Assembly: GCA_964035545.1 (NCBI GenBank)
Contig: OZ037765.1
Coordinates: 11,108,698-11,172,697 of the forward strand
Origin: Bugula neritina
Taxonomy: Eukaryota; Animalia; Bryozoa
Direction: 5' to 3'
Length of the DNA: 64,000 nt
Shown here: in pieces, positions 54,452-64,000 of the stretch
Position numbering within the stretch: the stretch's first letter is position 1
Layout: each line of letters starts with the position of its first letter
Program-made: the position numbers and the translations under genes
Notes under the pieces: generated by a model
What the model was told of the DNA's origin: nothing
Seen by the model: only the letters and a program-made list of their open reading frames with translations
Database searches by the model: none

Positions 54452-57400
54452 ATGGAACTGCGGGTAGGTAGTAAATACAGACTAGGCAGAAAAATTGGCA
54501 GTGGGTCTTTTGGAGACATCTACCTCGGTTCGTTTGCACACACCTACATTTCCGAGAGTTTTTTACATTTTATATTCAAATAACTCAACTTGTTGTGCAT
54601 CAATATTTTGTAACCTTCACAATTCACATTTTCTTAATTTATGATTGCAACTAGGTATGTCTAGGCATTGAGTATCAGCTGTATGTATTTATACTGAGTT
54701 GAAGAAATTCGTTTTGTATGATCATATTCTTCTGATTATTTAAAATGTGATTGCTGTTAGAAATAACTAGAAACAAACTTGATAGCATTAGCTCAAACTT
54801 TAGAGTTTAGTAGTTTTATTTAACTGGGTGAAAAACTGTGAGTGAGTGGAAAGAACGTATGCACCTGTAATGTGAACGCTTCTCTTTTTCAAAAACTGTC
54901 CATATAGACTACATTGTAGCTAAATTCACTTCAATTGGATAATATTAATAATAAAAAAGACTTGCAGATGTTTATGCTTTTTAGCTCTTATAGTATAGTG
55001 AAGTTTTATAGTGTGTCAGATTCACATTGAAGTTTACCTGTTGAATAGTACCGGGTTACTCAATGATAAGAACGTAATATCAATACAAATAATGAATTGA
55101 CCCGATTGCCATGCTTGCTATTTCTTATTCAATAGTTTTTGTTTTGTATAGGCACTGATGTGTCCACAGGGGAAGAGGTTGGCGTGAAATTAGAATGTGT
55201 TAAATTGAAACACCCTCAACTTCACATTGAAAGTAAAATTTACAAAATACTGCAAGGAGGTGGTAAGTATAATAAATGTGCATTAAAATTGACTTTATAC
55301 TCCATAAAACTATCATTGCGCTACTTGTAGTAAATAATTTTTTCAGCTTTTAAACTGCGAGACTGTATGTAAGATTTTATATAAAGTCAACGCAGCTTCA
55401 AATATTGCTACTTTTATTTGTGTTGCAGTTGGGATACCGGCCATAAAATGGTGTGGTGCAGAAGGAGATTACAATGTAATGGTAATGGAGCTTCTGGGTC
55501 CGAGTTTAGAGGATCTGTTCAACTACTGCAACAGAAAGTTCTCATTGAAGACAGTATTACTGTTGGCTGATCAGCTGGTTAGTATTAGAAATGTTGAGGT
55601 GGTATAGGCTGATAGGTCTTAGTTACAAGACATGTAGTTTCCTAGTGCTCAAGAATGGTCATTAATATTGTTAGTGGCTGCAGGGTTATTCCCATACACC
55701 ACTTATGATGGCATTGTGTAAGATTTATAGCAAAGATAGGTGAACAGTGATCTAATTATAAAATCTATTCCACTGTATACAACCAGCTACATGCCATTTA
55801 CCTTATAATAAATGACTTCCCTATTTAAGATGTTGGTTTTACGAGTCTCTGGGAAGTCTTTGCGCTTAGTTTTTCACACAAAGGATTATACTCATAACTG
55901 TATCATGATCTTGCTTAGCTGTTGTGGTCATGTTGATAATAATATGCATATTGTGTGTATTCTCTAGTTATTTTGCTCTACAAGTATACATTGTATATTG
56001 ATTTAGTATATTGACAGTGCTCTGTAGTTGAATTGAGCACCTCAATAATCTAGTATTTTAGCATTGAGTTTGATGTGTATCCTGATATGATGGGTTTTTG
56101 ACATTTTATACATTATGTTAATAGACATGCATCTGACACTACTTTCACTGCATGTACAAGTTTCATTTCATCTTGGCTCTGGTTAATCTGAACTAATGGA
56201 AGTTGGCAACTGTGTATGACATGTATGCTATGCTGTAGATAAGCCGAGTGGAATACATTCACTCAAAGAACTTTATACACAGAGATGTCAAGCCAGACAA
56301 TTTTCTAATGGGCCTTGGGAAGAAAGGCAATCTAGTATATATTATTGACTTCGGGTTAGCTAAGAAATATAGAGATAGCAGGACACACCAGCATATAGCT
56401 TACAGAGAGAACAAAAACCTTACTGGGACAGCAAGATATGCCAGTGTGAACACACATCTTGGTATCGGTATGTTTACACACGGCTTCCAGTCTGTTATAA
56501 GCATATATCTTGACTTTAACCTCATTTTTCTTTAGGTTTTCAATTCCAACATTCAAGCTGAGGCCTAGTCTCATGGAAACCTTTATATACAGTGCTCCCT
56601 CCGTATCTCCCAAAGCTGCGGGTCCGAAACCTCAATTCGTGACAGCAGAATACCATATTTAACCGGAGGATCCATTAAAGCTACAAAATGGGGGACCAAG
56701 CCCTTCCCGTGTCCTCTGGAATTTCATGAGAAACGGAACCGTGAGATATGGATGGAGCACCGTATATTGAAGACAAGATTTTAATGTAATAGATTGATGT
56801 GACTGAAACTGTAAACCTGGAAAAGAACATGTATCTGCCACCTTGCCCACTTCACCATATGTCTTCTTTAAGAGGCCTGACTACACGCTAATATAACATG
56901 AATATATACTCTTTCTCAAGCATCACTTAGTAACATCACATTTCTGAAGTTATCTCTCTTAACTTCAGTTTCACATGCTTTTAAAATTAGAATTAATAAT
57001 TGGGAAACATTGATATACGGGTTGTGCTACACCCACACAGCAGCTCTGGTGATATTTATCGTCTGCCCACCATTGCATTATTCTGTTATAGAGCAGAGCC
57101 GTCGAGATGACATGGAGTCACTAGGCTATGTGTTGATGTATTTCCTTAGAGGTTGTCTGCCTTGGCAAGGGCTAAAAGCAGCAACTAAAAGACAGAAATA
57201 CGAGCGCATCAGTGAAAATAAAATGTCTACTCCTATAGAGGAATTATGTAAAGGCTTCCCTTGTAAGTTGGCGTTTTGGCTTGTATATCTTAATCTTCAG
57301 GTATTCATTTTTCAATCATTTAATAGATTTTTGGCCTAAGAAACTTGAGTAAACTGCACATAGATTTTTTTGTATCTTGTACGAAGTGTTATAGACGCTC

Positions 57401-58554
57401 TTTTTAAATTTGTAGCCGAGTTTACAACCTATCTTAACTTTTGTCGATCGTTGAGGTTTGACGATAAGCCTGACTACAGCTATCTTCGTCAGCTCTTTCG
57501 CAATCTATTCCACAGACACGGTTACACTTACGACTATGTGTTTGACTGGAATATGCTTAAGTTTGTAAGTATAAACCTATACATGTTATGATGTGTTGGC
57601 TCTGCGACACATCCTTATAAATATGTGAGTTCGACACTAACAGGCACCAAGAGTCTTATCAACAGTAATCTGCTGGTAGGCTAGCTACTGGTGGGCTTTG
57701 CATTTCATCAGTTTTCTATCCTAAGAATGCTGCATTTTATGGTGGTAATTATGACGCTGTGTATAGTTGTCAATGGATGCTTGATAGGGGGTCATTGAGC
57801 TCTTGTTAGCAGAAATCTGTTCTAGAAGCTGATGAAATCATGTACACTGTATGTGACTAGTCAGGTCTAACGTGCTTGTCATCACATACTTGGTTTTTGC
57901 ACTTTATTTGAATATCAAGGTATTATATTGTATGCATCCTGTGAGTGTAATGCTGCTAGATTAATGTTCTACTCATTTCACGTGTTCTTATTTGTCTTTT
58001 ATACCTACATATGTACAATTATTGGTGTGTACGCAGGGTGCACCGTCTGCACCTGGAGCCACTCCTGCTGGTGATGCTCGACAAGTGCACACCTCATCAA
58101 CTAGACCCGTCCATGGAACAGCCAGTGGTGGTAGACTCAGTAGCTCCCACCCCTCCACGTCCATACCTCTGGCCAACCATCTCCGTGAGTATAATACTCT
58201 GACTCCACATATTGCATCTGGCGCTAAAAGGACTAATTGGGATTTCTGCATATTATTATATAATGCTTTTATTAGATTTTCTTTATTGTATTCAATATTT
58301 TTCTGTTGTCTAATATATGTCGATGCTGAGTTCTAATATTATAAAAGTATTGCTAAGTGTTTAATGCTTTTATAGCCACTGGTGCTGCAAACAACTTCCA
58401 ACTGCCTCACCCAGCTTATCCTCACCATGAACTGACGAGAGACCTCAACAGGATGGCAGCAGCCAGCCCACAGCATCTTCGGGTGATGCCTGGTGTAAGA
58501 ACTAAAGTTGATGCCGTAGTAACGCGGTCTAGGTCTCGTATGCTACGTAAATGA
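54452..58554 (+). CDS. CSNK1D: Casein kinase 1 delta/epsilon (doubletime) ortholog, 8 coding exons
   Basis: Exons ~54452-54527 ([26 protein letters not shown]), 55152-55262, 55428-55576 ([10 protein letters not shown]), 56239-56467 ([32 protein letters not shown]), 57091-57261 ([13 protein letters not shown]), 57416-57564 (FDWNMLKF), then tail exons 58037-58184 and 58375-58554. The delta versus epsilon label is not resolvable for an invertebrate gene. Confidence 0.95.
56590..56762. mobile_element. 173-bp Tc1/mariner(pogo)-type MITE in CK1 intron 4
   Basis: TA|CAGTGCTCCCTCCGTATCTC ... GAGATATGGATGGAGCACCG|TA: 20-bp TIRs with 3 mismatches, flanked by TA. Confidence 0.8.
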
Positions 58555-59215
58555 AATTTTGTGCCATCAACAATTGCTGCCTTCTCCACTTTTCAATACA
58601 CAAGTCTGATATTAAGCCGGTATTGGCAGTTATTCTAAGTCATGTGAATATCGTGTCGATTGTTTTATTTCTAATGTGTCAGGAGCATAAGATGCTATAT
58701 AACAGTTCCTGTACAGTTTTATTAGTTATGTTTTAATTAAGAGATTTCTCTTCTGCATTTGATAAGCTATGAAAATGGATTCTATATATCATTTTATTAC
58801 ACATCTAGGTATATGCTATCTTATTCTATACTATATATATCATTTTATTGTTCTTAAGTTTTTCAGATTGCAAATCTGTAAGTTTATAGCACTTTTCAAC
58901 CAAATGAATCTACAATATCAAAAATGATACGTTTAGTATTGTATTTCTTTCTATGATATAATTATATTATTACAAAATGGAATGTACAGAATATACAAAA
59001 GATTTTTAATGAGGTTATTGACTAAAACATATTTTATTGTAGCAAAAGTCAATAAAGATAAATAAATCATGTGCCAGTGTTGAAATAAGGAATATTTTAT
59101 GTATAATAGATTTAAATTTTTATTAATTCTTGGAATATTGATCAGACTTTGATATATCAAAACAATAGTGTTGTGTTAAGAGGTGCTTATGTGAGCATGT
59201 AATAAATTTTCAACT

Positions 59216-62200
59216 TTAAAAATCATTATCATCATCGTCTAACTCCGCATTGTCTCCTTCCACACCGTCTTCACTCTCATCGTCGTCGTCATCGTCGTCG
59301 TCGTCATCCAATATCATGCTATCCATCGATTCTTCACCCTAAACAAGTTGCTCAAAGTTACATGGCTAGCAAATTGGATTTTCCACCAGAAATAAGTTTA
59401 ATTAGGGTAACAAAAATATAATTAATATACAAACAGCTAACTTAAAACTGCATCATATTTTCATGCTCATAAAAAGTAGAAATTTGAACACTATTTCAGG
59501 AATGTTTATTTTAGTTCCACTTGGCAGCCAACCACAGCCTGTAGGGTATAAACATGTTTTAGTTATCAGTTTTTCAGTTAGTTTCCCTATAACAAATAAA
59601 AAGGACAGGTCTTTAGCTATTAGGGCTATAGTCTCTAGCTAACGATAGTAAAATGTTATATGACTGCCACATACTTCTTTGATGATACAAAGAATGATAG
59701 AGATTATTTGTAGTCATGCCACCCAAAGGTGTTGTTTCAGGGGTTGCTATGACAAAGCTGTGAAGGATGCTAGCTTATTATACATTAATAAAATTTGTAA
59801 GCTACTGACTCCAGTATTACATGAATTTTTATCTTTGCATAATTTGACAATCGTAGAGTTTTTTAACAGAAGATATCTTTCAACTTTATCCTTTGTAAAT
59901 TTGTCTAAAAATTATCCATGCTTGTAAAACAGCAAAGATCAACAACGAACTTTGAATTAAGAGAGTTCAGTATTTTTATGCATGTCCAAAAACTACATAC
60001 ATACAAATGATTTCCATAAAAGTAACATCTAATATGCACTAGATACTGCAATAAGAATATTGCTGGACCAGAAAAGCAAACTATAAACACTTACATCTTC
60101 GTCATCCTCGTCATCCTCGTCTTCTTCAGGATACATAGACATGTTCTGTTTAGACTGTGATTCTGAATAATTAGTTCTAGCAGCAGCACCCGGTCTCCCG
60201 TGAGAAGGCCTCGGTCTTGATATCCTCATCTGATCTTCATCTCCACCATCATCTGATGTTATTTTTAAGAGAAGTAAAATTTAGTACAACATAATTGAAA
60301 CAAATTTTTGAATGAGTGAATTTCAATTTAGTAAAACTTTCGACTGATTCAATTCAGCATAGTTTTTTCCTAATGTATAACAAGTAACTATAATTGTATT
60401 TTTTATTATACTACTGAGTACTGTGGTGATAGTAAGCAATTACTAACTCTTTAACAGATTTTTAAGAGTTGTTTCCCCTTTATCAAAGATGACCAGCAAA
60501 ATGCAATAAACGGTGGTTCTGAATAGTAAAAGTAACATGATTATCATGGTAAAAATGTTTTGTAAGACTACTCAACAACAGTTGTTAGAATCAAAAGTAG
60601 CTATATCGTTTTATAAAAGTTCAATTTTTTACATTGTAAAACCCTTACTTTAAATCTGTTAAACAACTAACCTATTTTTATTATTATTTACAGGTGTTTA
60701 TGTGCCTATGCCTGTTTCGAAAAGTTTAAAATGTTTTCACTTTTAGTTGCATGTGCTTTCCCCATAAAAAAGGTAAATTAAATCTATTAAATTTTAGAAC
60801 CAAAAAGTTGAAACAAATTTTATTTGAAAAATAATTAAAAAATTTTTTGAGCCATCATTAAATATGATTAGATGACTTATAAAATAGTTTATTGCTCAAT
60901 TGCCACATGATCTTCATTTGTAAGCTATGGAATTTACTTGATGACAATGCATAATATTTATAGGTATATTAAAATATCTTAGAACATAAAATGGAGAACA
61001 TAACTATTACCGTCATCATCAAGGTCATCAGCTGCTAAAGCCCTGTTTTTCATTTCTTCATCTTTGATTCTATCTGATATCTTTCTAATAGTCATCTCGG
61101 CTTCCTGACAGATTAAAAATGCATTTGCAAAAATATTTGTTTAACAAAAAGTTGATTGTTAAAAAAAATAGTTTTCACGTAATTTTGCCTTTGAGGTGGC
61201 AATTTGAACTGTTTATATAAAATTCAAGAACCAAATCATAAAGTTTTATAAGTTTCTTAACCAAAATGCTAAAATACTAAAAGGCAAAATATTTAACTAT
61301 AAATATGTGGCATCTCTAGTTATGCTGTGCATAATTTTGGATACATGCAAGTATGGAATAACTAATGACAATCACCTCTAACTTTTCTTGTTCTTGTTTA
61401 CTATACTCTTCAACCTGATGCTCGAGGAAAGACAAATTCCTAAACTTCACCAGATACTCTTGGTAACTACAAATATTCACAAACGCTTATATATTAACAT
61501 GTTAGTACAGTTATTAGAGATGATAATGCGTCATAATGCTCCTAGAACCTACATAGTGGCAAGCTCCTCTTCTAGTTTCTCATACTCATCCATGTACGCC
61601 GGCCGCACTGTCTGTAGAGTAGCCAACCGCTTCTGGTTTCTTTCCAATTCTGATTTTCTTTTCTCAATTTTGGCCTCTAAGTTAGCCTCATCAGAGGCCA
61701 CATTATCCAACATATTGTGAGTCTTTTTTATCTCTCCCTTAAATTATGGAACTCAATATTTTAAAATCTAGAATTATAAACAAAAATGTATAAACCACAT
61801 GTAAAAATGTCAAATGCTTATTCTAAAACATACCTCAACAGCTTTTACAGAGTTCTTCAAACTTTTCTCAACCTCGTTGATTTCTAGAGATCTTGCAATA
61901 ACCGTTGATCTTGCATCTCGAAGCTCAACCTCTTTACCAAGAAGATCATACAGACTAGCTCCCTTTGTTGTTATTTCTGATGCTAATTTACGAGCTTCCT
62001 TCAACTCTCCAATCTAACAACAAAACCAGCTATACTTTTCATATATTACATGCAAATAAATACACTCTTATGTATAAAACAGTAACTTAAAGTCACTCTT
62101 TATTAGTTGAATCTCAAAAAGCCATAGCTATTAACATTTTCTACCACATTGTTTTTAAAAATAATTACTGGCTATAAAACATCATATATGATAACTTTGT

Positions 62201-64000
62201 TGTCTCTAAATTAAAAACTTTATAAAATTATTTTTACCAAGACCCCACCACAAGTTTACAAAAAATATTGAGATAGTAACAAGATCGAGATGCTGTGTTG
62301 TGAATAAAAAGCATGTTTATGTGCTTAAAAACACATGACATATTTACAATTTACTTTTCATAAATGAAAGAGTAGTTTTTAATTTCTGCAAAAGATTGTG
62401 AGTGAGCATGTACTAATGGCAAATTAAAGTCTATGATAAATAATAAAAACATAATACTTAATTGTGTATACTAATTAGTCTAACTCTCAACAAGACCTTA
62501 TGAAAATTGATACTTTTGTACTTAATTTATTAATGTGAAGAAAGTTAAAAGTTCTGCACAAGAAACTGCTAATGAAATGCTTGCTTAGTTTTCAGTGACT
62601 AGTTCAAGCAAAAAATTTAAATAAATGAAAACCCATAAACACTTTATGATTTAATTTTATAAATTTTTTTATTCCACTCTTCAACAAAAAAACTAAATGA
62701 AAGCATTTTTATGCTACTGACAATCAACTAAAATGAATTGAATTTTCATTGCAATCAATAATTAGTTCAGTATTTGCAAAAAATCTTCTACTAAAAGCTT
62801 ACACGTGTAGAAAAACACTCACTCGAGATGATATGTCGTAGGCTAGCATATCACCTTCATCTTCATTTGAATTCAGATCCTGCATGTCTGCAGTGTTGTT
62901 ACTTTTCATAGCCGTATAGAGGACCGTGGTGACTTTGAGCAACTCTTTAACAGCATAACCATCAGCTGAGTAGAGTCTTTTTGTATTGAGCTTAATGTGA
63001 GCCTTCAACGCCTAAAATAGTAGGAAATATGAAGTGAAAGTTTAGCAATTATTTCAAACTGTGTTTATAAATTTTGTTTACAGAAGTGCGCTAATCTACT
63101 GCTGCAGTGTAGCAGCCTTGTGTAGTAACAAACCAACACATTCCCTAGTTTCCAAGCTTGAACATTTGAAAGAAAAGAAAAAAGACTAAAAAATATATCG
63201 TTCATAAATTAATGCACTATAAATAGTATTGCTAGCATTTATACCATTCACACAATAAAATTTAAGTTTAATTGGAAAATATTTGACTAGTTAATTGCAT
63301 CTCACTCTATTATAAAAATATTTATATGGCACTACAAAGTTTAAGGGGAGACTAATTATATGATTTAAAAATAGAAATTTAGTTAGTGATTGTTATTATA
63401 TAAACCAAGTTTTAGCTTGAACAGAAAACATTTCAATTCATCGTTTTAAATAGAAAAATTCTGTTGCTTTAGAACGCACTTTTTAATGGCAGTTAACGTT
63501 TTTGTAAAATAAAATTAAACAGCATAAGCTGGTTACTGCATCAACTAAATTGAAAATAAGTAAACTATGAGAAAAATCAACAGTGTCTTTAAAATGCAAA
63601 AATATTTTGACATATATTTTCATCCCCTTATAACACTAGTGCTGACGCTGATTAATCTAGATGCTCTTACCATGAATTGTGAAACAGACTTTATGAATAT
63701 AACTCTATCTTGCTCTGTTTCTGTGTCTTCTGGCAAATCTGCATTCGGATCATATCTACAGTAGAAATAAATTATTAAGACATATGTTGACTTTACACTG
63801 ACAGGGGAGTTGTAAAAATTCTATTTTAAATCTGTTTTCAAATTGAATATATTTAAAATTATTAAATAACTCTCACAGTATTTAAGGACGCAAAATTAAT
63901 TCAAAAATCTGCATTTACCGCTTTACAAGCCAAATTAACACTTCTGCTACTAAAGGAAAGTTTGGTTGTCTAAAGTTTTCCATTGAAATCAGCCGTGGAT
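59216..64000 (-). CDS. CLUAP1: Clusterin-associated protein 1 / IFT38 (5' end beyond window)
   Basis: Exons (>64000)-63919 ([27 protein letters not shown]), ~63755-63671, 63012-62824 ([23 protein letters not shown]), 62013-61834, 61738-61553 ([15 protein letters not shown]), 61466-61376, 61105-61011, 60253-60094, 59338-59216. The acidic tail ends DDDNDF*. Confidence 0.93.

Overview
This is AT-rich, intron-rich eukaryotic genomic DNA, most likely from an invertebrate animal; it is not prokaryotic, and I found no CRISPR arrays, rRNA or tRNA. By reading exons and GT-AG junctions I reconstructed nine compact protein-coding genes: MSMO1 (+), TYMS (-), an intronless SMYD2/3-like SET-MYND methyltransferase (-), canopy CNPY3/4 (+), JMJD6 (-), ENGASE/GH85 (+), YAE1 (-), casein kinase 1 delta/epsilon (+) and CLUAP1/IFT38 (-, truncated by the window end). 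Mobile DNA comprises one apparently intact ~4.2 kb two-ORF non-LTR retrotransposon (PHD ORF1, APE-RT ORF2, (CAAGA)n tail), an RTE-type LINE remnant and several MITE-like elements (Kolobok-type TTAA, Tc1/mariner-type TA and others). The most unusual signal is non-coding: kb-scale tracts in which the self-complementary triplet ANT (ACT/AGT/AAT/ATT) recurs with 6-bp, sometimes 3-bp, phase. These tracts are concentrated at the 5' ends of the three head-to-head gene pairs. Also, 7 of 8 visible start codons lie just downstream of a 3' splice acceptor, and SMYD-TYMS is a tight tandem pair, raising a testable trans-splicing/operon hypothesis. Exon coordinates were read by eye and may be off by a few nt.
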